Below, in pieces: positions 1 to 11,001 of a stretch of DNA of 64,000 nucleotides. Source of the DNA: Podarcis liolepis (lineage: Eukaryota); NCBI GenBank assembly GCA_965112155.1, contig OZ218103.1, one strand, 5' to 3'. A program made the position numbers and the translations under genes. Numbering within the stretch: the first letter of the stretch is position 1; each line of letters begins with the position of its first letter. The notes under the pieces are model-generated. The model had not been told where the DNA came from and did not search any database. It saw nothing but the letters and a program-made list of their open reading frames with translations.

Positions 1-684
1 TCAAAAAGGCCTCACAGCCTGCATCTAGTTAGCTCCTTCCTCTCCAATTCTGGGCAAACCTTGTCCTTGAATCAAAAAGTAAGTGATGTACACAGCCCAT
101 TCACAAAATCTGGGGCTTTGTAATATACACAAAAGCCTATCAGGCAGAGCCTGACATAACAGATACTTTTAAAAATAGGTGATGTCCTTATTAGGAGAAC
201 AGTTTGATGAGGCCAGGAAAATAGGTCGCCCAGGGTAAGCCAGCTGATCTGCTTTACTGCACTTAAACAAGCGGGTGAAAATGTCTGTATTTTTCAAGTT
301 TCAGTTACAATGCGTGAAGATAACAAAATATTCATTTGCCATAGTTACACATTTCAAAATCTGATCCAATGCTTTGTTCCTAGGTATTTTAAGAAGCTCC
401 CAAACAGCATAGCTATGCCACTCAAGGGGCTCTTTTGGGGTGTGGAGGGGGGTAATGCAGACATGGAAAAAGAAGGGAGGCAACCTGCAAGGAAACTGGC
501 ATGACTCAAGCAGTGGAGCACTTTTCAGGATGGACCATGGCTCAGTGATGCACTGTATGCTTTTCTTGTCAAACAGGGGTCACTAATGCAATGCGCAGTC
601 ACCATAGAAGCCACAAAAGCCTTTAATGACCCTAGGCTTTCATTTTTTAAAAAATGTAAGTTTCTAGTCCTCCTAGAAATAAAA

Positions 685-1195
685 TGATCAGGGAAGACAG
701 GTGGCAGGGACTGGCTGGACACTCAGGAGTGGGCACCGGGAGAAGAGAGGTTGGAAACTGACTTGGAGGAAGAGATCAGTGATCTGGGGAGCCGGGAGAT
801 GAGAGTCAGAGGCAGGAGAAGCTGCAGGATTGGAGAACAGGTACAGGAGGCGTTAGAGATAGGTCAAGCTGGTGTAAAGTCAAGGGCTGCCACTCCTCCT
901 ACTCCTGCCTTACCTCTCCTACTCCACTTTCCACCAGGACCAAAAGAGGATTGAAGGGGGAGGAGCAGAAGCAGGTTACACACAGGCGTAGTCTTTGACT
1001 GCTTGCAGAAAACTCAGGTGGGAGAGCTGAGGTTGGGGTGGGACCCCTCTTTGTTGCTGCAACTGCCTCATTGGGTACACACGTAGGAGTAGCTGAGAGA
1101 CGTAGGACTGATGGGCATGCCTTGCAAGTGTACATTTGACAATAAAGAGTTAATTCCTCACTCTGGACGTTCCTTACCTGACAGCCCCATGACAG
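685..1195 (+). mobile_element. LTR-like (solo LTR) repeat, purine-rich, boundaries approximate
   Basis: Begins TG, ends ATGACA; AATAAAGAGTTAA at 1141; clear homology to the - strand copy at ~45.07-45.66 kb; no TSD resolved. Confidence 0.5.
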
Positions 1196-3227
1196 ATAGG
1201 TGCTGCAGAGCAGCAACAGCTGAAAGGCATGTGTTCTACCTGTGGACCTGCCCGTCTTAGAAAGGCATCTCCAGGGTCCTAGACAGGCACACCCAAGAAA
1301 CTAACAAGCAAAAAGAAAGCAGCTGAAAAATTCATTTAGAGTAGCTTTAGAGTGGCTGTTTGGACACAGCAGTCTGAACTGTAATAGAATGCCAATGATA
1401 TGGCATTGCCACTGAGTGCTGGGACAATGTCAAAGGGTCCACTAGCTGGGGAAAGAATACATTTCAGTCCTCTGCAATGATGGAACAACAGCCGTAATTA
1501 CCTCGAAAAGGCTTCTGTTTCCTTTTGGAAAAGATGAATGCTGCTCTCTCACGGCGATGCAGGTGTGAAACGTCTTGGGAAGAAATATTGGCTCTGCATA
1601 AGTGCTGATTATTAATAAGCTATATAACTACTCAACTGCAGCTCTTCACCTTTAGCGTGGGCTGAGATTCCAGTTATTTCAAGCAGATGAAGTTGCTTGT
1701 CATCCATGCAGTGCTGGGGATCCCACACACCTTGTGTGTACATCTCAGATTAGTCATTAACAAGCGACACAGAAACGCTGGCTTGTTGGCAGAGCTGTGT
1801 GGCAAATGAGGACCAGTTACTTTTTCTGCAAGTAACCTCTGCTTCCCATGAATTACAACTCTTCTGTGTAGAAAAGAATAGTTGATGTGGAGGTTTTTCC
1901 ATTCTCTTTGCGTGAATCAACCACTTCTCATTTCCTTTCCCACCCCACTGCATACCATTCAACATGGATTAAATAGTTTGTGTTTTACTTTCATGTTGTA
2001 AATAAGAAGGCAGAGAGCTAGCCTAATGGCATATGCAAAGCCAAATCAGTGATGTACTTAGGGAGTTTTAGACTCTGGACTTAATGGCTTTATAGGGAAG
2101 CCCACTTAAGAAGTGAGTATGCATTATTTCAAAGTGTAATAAACCAGTACTTTGGGGGACCCTCTGCTAGTTATGCCCTGAGCTCACCACTAACCCATGG
2201 ATAATGGGTATTGTTTTGGATAATGATATTGTTGGGGGTGCACATGGTTCATTCCCCTCTGTAACATGGCAAGTGATCATGGGGCCCACCTTTTGACATG
2301 TCTTGGAAGCCAAAAAAGGAGAGACAAAGCCTTGAAACGATGCTCCAATGATTTTTTTACATGTGAAATATATACAATGCATTTTGGTGTACCACATTAT
2401 TCCGCTTATTGTACCAACTCACTGTAAAAATCACTCTATTATTCCCTCCCCCAGCTTAGGCGGTGAGAGGGACAGCACTTTTTGCCTCCAGTCCCCTGAC
2501 CTGAAAGTGAACCGTGGAGGTCAGCTGCAACACATTTTAGCAAGGAGGGGGGCTGCATTTGGCTCCTAGTTGCTGCCTCCATTCAGTTCTTCTGGTGATT
2601 CTTGGGCTGCACGCACCTGCCCACCTTTCGGAGCCAGTGTAGGAAATGTTCTGGTTACCACTTAATTAGGGCCATGTATGATTTTCTTCCTGGAGGTCCT
2701 GGTTGGCCTTGGATATGGCAAACTTTTTGCCTACTTCACTCTGGCTTAGTTTTGGTAGTTTCCCCACATTTCCATTTGGTGGACACAGCATGGGGTTGAG
2801 TTATTTGGGAGTGATGAGCACTTTGAGGCACCTTCTAGAAGACGAAGGGGTGCTTCCTCATACCTGCCCACCAATGCCTCATGGCTGGAGAACAGGGGCG
2901 GGACAGGGCCTTGCTTGATGACTGGCCTGCTCAACCACTCAATGCCTCATGGCTGGAGGGGGCATGAGAAGGTCAGAATTCCCTTGGCGGAGCTAACAAC
3001 CTGGCAAAGAAAAGCTAGGAATAGGGCATTAACTGACAAGGGAGCTCACACAAAAATCCAAGAATTAGGTTACAGGTTCCTATGCCTCGGATTCATAGGA
3101 GGCCACACAGTTTGGACCTTGTTAGAATAGTAGTGTTACCTGTTTGCAGATTCCAAAACTTCATGTCTGGTCCCTTATTAAGAGGTGGGTGTGCAAATTA
3201 ATACTGATTCTTGCCCTTGAGAAGGTG

Positions 3228-3416
3228 ATACAGGAACATAGGAAGCTGCCTTATACTGAGTCAGGCGATTGGACCATCTAGCTCAGCAGTGTCCATGCTG
3301 ACTGGCAGCAGCTCTCCGGGTTTTGAGAAAGGGAATCTGTCCCAACCCTACCTGGAGATGGCAGGGGTTGATAATGAGACCTTCTGCATGCAAGGCAGAT
3401 GCTACACTACTAAGCC
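3228..3416 (-). mobile_element. tRNA-derived squamate SINE with CR1-type tail (Squam-like)
   Basis: GGAACATAGGAAGCTGCCTTATACTGAGTCAG tail and degenerate tRNA-like head (TTGCATGCAGAAGGTC on the - strand). Confidence 0.6.
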
Positions 3417-3767
3417 CCGCCCCTGCCAAAATGTGTTGGCCACATTTCATCACAAATAAATTTGTTGAGCATCAATCACTTCAAGACCCCCGCCACCATC
3501 ACCAACTTTCTCTTTTTCTCTCACTTTCTCTGGCTTACAGTCCTCTTGGTACTGCTCTTCTCCATTTTTGGTTCAGCAACATGGCTTGGGCCAGAACTGG
3601 GTGGAAGGATTAGGGCCTCTTCTCACACTACAATTTGACAAGGTGGGGGCGCTTTTCACATCTTTTTCCTCGCTCATCTTTTCCATTCTGCATTTTCAGA
3701 TGCAGACCTGATTGCCTTTTTCTCTGTGCCAGCGGTCTCACTGCAAATGCCTTTTCTCTCTGTTTAG

Positions 3768-3860
3768 GGATCTATGAAAGATGAACACAACATCAGCAAA
3801 ACCACTTCTATAATTGAAAGTCAGCATCACCACCTACTGCACTGCTTGGAAAAAACAACT
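3768..3860 (+). CDS. KCND3: Kv4.3 potassium channel coding exon (human exon 5 equivalent), [31 protein letters not shown]
   Basis: tgtttag/GGA acceptor, ACT/gtaagt donor, 93 nt phase 0; contains the Kv4-family motif [15 protein letters not shown]. Confidence 0.97.
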
Positions 3861-5149
3861 GTAAGTAGCAACAGGAAGCCTTCTAACTTTGAATCTCACA
3901 CTCTTGGGGGTGATTTCAATTGAAGAAGATGCAGGGATACTACAAAGTAAACAACACAAATACATAGATTTATGTACCCTGGGAGACATAAAAATATGTT
4001 ATTAACAGTTGATGGGATGTGCTAAATATTTTATACACGCCTTAGTTCCAGCACCATGTTTTTTTTAAAAAAATGTGTTGCACCAAGCAACCCAACAGGT
4101 AGCTTCTCTCAGGACTCAACATGTCTTTTCGCTTTGTTGACCTTCAGATGCTTTTCTTTTAAAAAGCACCAAAGTCTGATGCCTAGCAAAAGATTGCCAC
4201 CGAGAATTAAAGGCAGAGATGCTCAGGGTTTGCCCTTACTAGTAGTTGGCTTTGGGTTGGTGCCAACTTGAAATGCCTGCTGTGCACACCTGTCTTGCAC
4301 TGCCTACAAGTTGTTGGATTATACCCAGGAATCAAAGCAGCATGGCATACTCCAAGGTGAAAGCTGTACTGCTCAGAAGATGGGCAAAGGCTTCCATTTC
4401 AACTACTGCATACTACAGTGAAAAGTGTACAGCAGCCCTGGGAATAGAATGATGTGACAGTTGCCTGAGACCTGCACATAAAAGCAGTCTTCTATGCAGG
4501 TAGCCAATGCAGATGCACTTCTAGTTACATCCTCATTAGTATCATATTGCTCATCTGGGCTACACTCACTTGGCTAGATGAGTCATTTGAAGAGCCTCAC
4601 AATGCACATCCCCGTTCAGTTGTTACACGTGGCTACTTGGCCACAACTAAAGCTGCATTGGGACCCGTATCTGTGTTGTCTTTACCCCTTCAACACCACT
4701 TCTTCAGAACATTAGATTATTATCCATCTCCAGCTGCCTGTGCCTCTGTTTCTGCAGTGCAGCAGCAGACCACCCTAAACACAGGCAGCGTACGGGAGAA
4801 AAGCAGATACCTTTTCCCATAGGGAAACTCAAGGGCGGGTGCAGAATGCACAGCCCATGTTGCTGTCGTTTCCGCCAGCTGTAGGAGCAGGTAGAAGGCA
4901 CCACATCCAGAGGCATGGCACATATGGACTGCAGAGACTAATGTGTTGCATGAGCATGTTCAACACCCCCACCCAAGAAATAAGCACTATCAATATGCCT
5001 TGGGTAATATCTCCATGATGAGACATTTATTCATAAACAAGCATCTCTGTGCATTTCTGTCATGTTCATTTGAGAAGGGGGGGGGGGAGTAAGGCTAAAG
5101 GATGAAGTTTGCTATCCCTGCTATCAAATGGATAAACAGAGATCCAGTC

Positions 5150-5310
5150 TGGTATGGGAGTAAACAGAGTGTTGGAAGTAGAGTGAAGAGATCTCAATTC
5201 AAATTCTCCCGCAGCCACGAATCTTGCTGGGTGGCCTTACACAAATTACCTACCTCACAAAGTCATTGTGGGGAGTGAAATGTAGTTATCTTTATGTATG
5301 CTGCCTTGGA
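5150..5310 (+). mobile_element. Degenerate MIR/CORE-like SINE
   Basis: TCAAATTCTCCCGCAGCCACGAATCTTGCTGGGTGGCCTT...CCTACCTCACAAAG resembles CORE SINE. Confidence 0.4.
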
Positions 5311-5434
5311 CACTATAGAGGAAATAAGGGGGTGGAACAGTGGTGAAGAAATAGGAGCACTGTTTATGCAAATGCTATTCAGACAACAAATGTGTGTAGA
5401 ATCAACATGGGGAAAGGGGCACAATAAACTGATA

Positions 5435-5690
5435 TATTATTCCATTTATATTGCCTCCTTCCTCCCAGTGGAGCCCAGGGCAACAAACAAGTGACAAAAT
5501 AATTTAAACACCTTAAAGCAATTCCAATACAGACGCAGACTGGGAAATCTCAGTATTGCAATTTAAAAAGCTTGTTAAAAGAGGAAAGTCTCAGGCACCC
5601 AAAGTCAAGAGATGGTGCCTGCCTATTATTTAAGAGGAGGAAATTCCAAACTGCAGACGTCACCACACTTAATGCCCAATTCCTGCATTA
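5435..5690 (-). mobile_element. Degenerate L2-type LINE 3' end
   Basis: ATTTATATTGCCTCCTTCCTCCC tail-type sequence followed by GAGGAAATTCCAAA, typical antisense L2 3' region. Confidence 0.4.
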
Positions 5691-6952
5691 ACCAACCTCT
5701 TCAACTTGGGCATCGATTGGGTCATGTATGTACATAAGCTCTGTTCAGAGGGCACAAACCACTCCTGTCCCCTGCATTGATTCTACATATATTTGTTGCC
5801 TGAAAAGAACACCGGCCTCAACAATGATGTGAAGCTACTGAAGGGATTGCCATTGGGTCAATGTTAGTATAATAATAAACTGAGGAGGGGGGAAATAGGA
5901 AAAAGAGTTTCTAATGCCTTTAAAGCTGATTGGTTAAAGAAGCAATTAATGACCAAGATATATATGAACTAATCTGATAGGAAATATAATAAATTATTTC
6001 CCATCTATCCTCCAAGCTGAGATCCTAATGTAAATATGTATAATGCTTTGTCAGAAATTGGGGGGCAGGAGTTGGAATCAGATGTGGCTCATTGCAACTT
6101 TGATCAGTGATAAATGGCTATTTGGTTATAGGAAGGGGTATGCAACTGACCTAAACCATCCATCATTTTCAACACAGAAGTTGTCATCCACGGACTGACA
6201 TGCAGCATGTTTGGTGTATGCTTTTCAGTGCACCCATCACAACAGTTCAGTCAGCATTTGTGCTGAAAACGCATGTCTTTCCATCATACTTACTTGATCA
6301 ATGAAGAAAGCATTGCACTAACAAAAGAAATTGTTGTGATAATTTATGGATTGCTGAAACACCAAAGTGTCATTCTACAATGGTACAAAGTTGTCAGAGA
6401 AATGAGGAATGACCTACACATAAAAAGAGTTTTACCAACAGTTTTGAAAGGGTAATTCACCTTTTCCTCAAACCAGAAATCAGATTCATTGTATCACCTA
6501 CGCCTGTTGAAATTCAGTGTCATTCTAAGCTGTGGTTAATTCTCTCCAAACTCAGGCAATTGCTCAAAACAAAACCTGTAAAATAAAGAAAGATAAAACA
6601 AGGAAATAAATTCAAGAGCCATACCCCTTATTCTGTATCACAATACATCCCATATTTTCTTCAGCAGCACTACTTATTTTACTCTAATTCAGCTCTATGG
6701 CTTTTAGTTGCTCATGTGCTGCCATCTGGGGGTGCTTCAGATAAATGGCTTATAATATTTTATTCTGGGCCACTTGGCTCTCAAAGGAAGCCCAAGCATC
6801 TTATTGGTGTAATGCGAAATGTGTTAAAGGAAATGGTCATATTGCCCATTCAAACTTGTGTGATGCCACGTGGAATGCTGGGAGTTGATTTTGGAATGCT
6901 AGGATGGACAATCAATGGTGTTTTTATCTTTTGTTGACATGTTGTCCTGTAG

Positions 6953-7009
6953 GGATTGTCCTATCTTGGGGATGATCCCCTGTTATCTGTACGAACTTCC
7001 ACCTTCAAG
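6953..7009 (+). CDS. KCND3: 57-nt alternative exon encoding the 19-aa Kv4.3L insert, GLSYLGDDPLLSVRTSTFK
   Basis: cctgtag/GGA acceptor, AAG/gtattt donor, phase 0; matches the mammalian long-isoform insert GLSYLVDDPLLSVRTSTIK; missing from the ORF track. Confidence 0.96.
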
Positions 7010-8255
7010 GTATTTCCTTCTTAATTCAATCCATTTGCTGCAGTCTCTGTGCCATGTCTTGAGTGTTGTTTCCTTCCTTGTTGTTGATCCCGTTTTTAGC
7101 AGATTGTGCATGCTGGTGCTCTTTTGCTCTCTGGTGGCTTCCAGTGTTATTAAGACTGTCAAATGGAAAACAGCTTTATCTGTTTTTTCCCCACCCTTTC
7201 TAGCTCAAAAAAGGAATATGCTAAATATGAATGTTAAGTTATCTGCCCTTTGTGGTTGTGGGAGTTGTGTATGTTCTGAGGTCTTATCCTTTCTCGCTCC
7301 TGTGTTAAGTACAAGACACCACTCATCTCTCCCCTGTTTTGTGCGATGTATATTTCCCTGATCTGGCTAAAATTGCTATTCTAGGTTACACAACATTACA
7401 TTTCTAGAGTATTCTTTATGCATTATGGGAGTAGCGTGGAAACTGCTGTCAAAACATTCAAAAGCCTGGTGCCTCGTGGGTGCTGCCAATCACTGTCCCA
7501 CAGGATTATCTCCTTTGATCTTGGCCAGGTGTCAAGTACGTGGGAAGACCTGCCGGCATGACCCTACCCATATACTAACAGGCTTTTAAAGATTATGATA
7601 GTCCCACAGAATAAAGTTGCAGGTAAAAAGGTCCTGTGACATATGAAGGGACCTCTTTCCTGGAATTGGAGTCCTAGGTGGAAGCTTTCTCACAAGTTGT
7701 CTTCCTACCTGAAAGCACAGAATGACAGCTCTGTGCAATTCAGCTGGGTTGATTATAAAATATCAGCATCACCTTTCCCCTAACCATGTCGTTCTCCCTT
7801 CCATTTGCCATCCTAACCGCTTTGCTTAGGTCTATCTCTGCTTCATAATGTTAAATCAGGAAGGTCATGATAAAATCAAGATACTTATGCTCCTGCCAGA
7901 CAGCTAACACGTCTTTGTCCTTCTGTGGTAAACTACAAGCAGAATTGCACATGGCTTTCTGCACTACTGGGATTGTTGAGCTCCTTCAATGTGTACATCC
8001 TATGTTCCTTCTACACCAGTGGACATGGCATAGCTGCTGTGGGTAAGGCCATTTGAAGCTCAGCACACATTTGGTATAACTTTGTGGTGGGTATTATTTT
8101 ATGACTCTTATTGATTGGTTTATTATGCATATTAAAATTATCAGTAAAACGTTTTTCCAATGTTTTTTTTTTCATGAGAGATATAGCAGTATAGCCACCA
8201 TGATGTAAAATTTTGTATAATGGTGGAGTCCCTAAGATGGTCGGATGTCATATGA

Positions 8256-8538
8256 CAGGCATGACCAACAGGTAGATCGTGATCTACTGGTAGATTGTGG
8301 GGTGTTCCTGGTAGATCCTGGTTGATCTCTGGCCTCTCAGCAATCTCCTTACAAAAAAGCAAAAAAAAGCAACACAACTTTGGCTTACTGAAAAAGCTCC
8401 ACAACTTTGGCTTCCTAAAAGAAAGCTCCACAACTTTGGGTAGATCACTGCCAGTCTTTTTATGACAATGGGTAGATCACTGCCAGTTTTTTTTATACTG
8501 TGAGTAGATCACAGTCTACTGGGAGTTGGACGTCCCTG
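8256..8538. mobile_element. Non-autonomous hAT DNA transposon (MITE)
   Basis: TIRs CAGGCATGACCAAC...GTTGGACGTCCCTG; 8-bp TSD TCATATGA (8248-8255)/TCATATGG (8539-8546); repeated subterminal GTAGATC and CACAACTTTGG motifs. Confidence 0.85.
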
Positions 8539-10753
8539 TCATATGGTAACCTCCTTCCAGCAACTCCTGCAGTCTAGCTGGTGCCAAATGTATTGCTCTG
8601 CTTTCCTTTGGACATCTGAGGGGCCAAGGAGGGGGTCTTCTTCTCTGGGCAACACTGGATATCCATGCACACTGCCCAGGCTTGCGCCTCAAGGAGTTGA
8701 CTTTGGTTCTGCTAACACAGCAAGAACAACATGGAAGGAAGCAGTGGCAAGTTACTGGTCTCTGCAGCCACAGCAGGCGCTGCGATTCTCCAGCAGTTTG
8801 ACTTCACCCCGAGGTGCACCTCATTGTATCTCAAGACAGATGGATGCCAACAATAACGATGCTGCAGGACCATAATACTTTATGAAAAGAATGCAGATTT
8901 TAGGAAAATGATTTTTTCAAAAAAGCTTTTACCCTCTGCCATGACTAAGGGTTGTAACCACAACATTATAGCATTATGGGGTGGGGGTTTTTTAACAAGA
9001 AAAAACACACTACAGTCAGAAAAGTGTTTTAGTGATATTTAAATGATTGGTTTCAGAAACAAAAATTATTCCCGCGTCATAAAATGCACCCATCACAAAT
9101 GCTATAAGTGCTGAGCTGTGATTAAGTTCACTTTCCTGATATCTCGCTGCCTACGTAAAAACCACGCCTGTTGAAAAATATGGCACATTAGGCAGCTATG
9201 CCCATGGAGGTTGTGTTCTGAATAAAGATGGACTTTCTTCAGTCTGAGAAAGATGGACGAACCACAGGGAAATTTATGATAAGAATAATTGGATAACGGT
9301 ATTGTGTGGATTCCCCTAAAAAGTGAGTGAGTGAAGCATGACAATTCTGCACTAAATGCCTATGGTTGTATCCAGTGTTCATAATGCTCAGAGTATACCT
9401 ATTGAAATGAATGGACATGACTGAGGTCCACCAATTTCAAGGGTTCTACTCTAAGTAAAAATTAATTGGCTACAGAGCCTAAAGCTGGGGTATGTCTGCA
9501 TCAGCGCTGCTTGCTGCATTGCTTTTCATTTCAATTTGCTGCTGGGGGTACAACCTGCATAGGTTTCCTTTTCTTCAAGCTCAAAAAAAAAAAAATTCAT
9601 GCAAAGGAGGTGGTTGGCATATGATGCACATTTGCCAGTTTGTATTCCACTTCTTGGCCTTCTTGCTAGTCTTTGTCTTGCCCTTTATCACTTACTAGTC
9701 TCTTTTCTATAATGGTAAAATTGCACCATATGCCAGCATTCCTCTCTAGCATATTTAATTTCATCTGCGAACTTCTTTTAGTAGAACCTAAACCTGAGTG
9801 CTTTGCAATCCTCGCTTGAGATTCCTCCTCCCCTATTTGGGACAAATTGCATCAAATTTAGAGATGTGCATAAAGGCGAAAAAGTGCTGATTCTATGTTT
9901 ATTCACATTTTAATAAACAATTCTCTGAGGAGTAAGTCCTTCTGTAGAAGGGGGGCACTCAGAGATTATCTCCCAAACCCATAAATGACAGAAACGAAAT
10001 GAAGCGAATGAAATGTGACAAGAGTTTTGGTCTGGGGAAATGAGTGTAGTCCCACAAGTAATCTTCAAACATTTTCCACACATATGTGCTTCCTCTTCTC
10101 TCAGACTTGAAAAAAGTTAGACACAACTCCACCCTACAGCTCCAGAAACAAGATTAATTGCGGGGGGGTGTGTGTGGAAATAGCAATGCATCTTGGGTAA
10201 TTGGATGCATATTCACAAAAACTTGCTAATTCCTCGTCCAACAAGGTAAGAGACCTTTCTTCAAATTTATCATGGAAAGATTTATCATGGAACTTTTCAC
10301 ATGAAGTACTCTTAATTATTTTGGGTTGTATCCAAATTCTGGTCCTATTCAGAGCAGACCCAATGAGATTAATGGACTAACTTAGTTGGGTACAAGCTTT
10401 ATATTAAAATGCTTAAGTGTCTTCCACCTTCAGCTGCAATGGCGGCACTTCCTGTCAATGCCTGAGAAGGAACCTGAGCAGGAAAAAAAATATGTTGGCT
10501 GTAGATATGGATGGATACAGCTAGAGCACGTTTCCATCTGGAAGTGTCCTTTTCAACAGGAAGTGCCACCAGCACTAGCTGAAGAGCCTATTAGCTTCTC
10601 GAAAGAGAGTTATGTCATGGTTCCCAAAAGCACGACCGAACAGAATATGCAAAGGTCCTTGTTTGAAAGTTTAGTCGCCCTCCGGGTGGTGGCGGCGATT
10701 GTTTAAAGTCATCTTGGGAAGTTCCTGACATTTGCTGACGTTCTCCCTGACAG

Positions 10754-11001
10754 AACCATGAGTTCATTGACGAGCAGATGTTTGAGCAGAACTGTCTGGA
10801 GAGCTCGATGCAGAATTACCCGTCCAGCCGCAGCCCCTCCCTTTCGAGCCACCAAGGCCTGAGCACCTCCTGCTGTTCCCGCCGCAGCAAGAAGACAACC
10901 CACCTCCCTAATTCCAGTGTGCCAGCGACCCGGCTGCGGAGCATGCAAGAGCTCAGCACCATACACATCCAGTGCAGTGAGCAGCCCTCACTTACAACAA
11001 G
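10754..11001 (+). CDS. KCND3: Kv4.3 coding exon (human exon 7 equivalent), [14 protein letters not shown]...[23 protein letters not shown]
   Basis: ctgacag/AAC acceptor, AAG/gtacgg donor, 248 nt; recognisable Kv4.3 C-terminal sequence. Confidence 0.98.

Noticed and set aside
60-85. AAAA/GTAAGT donor-like site as a possible end of KCND3 exon 4
   Set aside because: Upstream frames do not give the expected Kv4.3 sequence (...NGLLNEALEL); that exon lies outside the window
2872-2959. 19-bp direct repeat CAATGCCTCATGGCTGGAG (two copies)
   Set aside because: Only two copies; a local duplication in a degenerate repeat, not an array or CRISPR
6915-7361. 148-aa hydrophobic ORF
   Set aside because: Overlaps the real 57-nt exon in another frame; composition reflects U-rich intron
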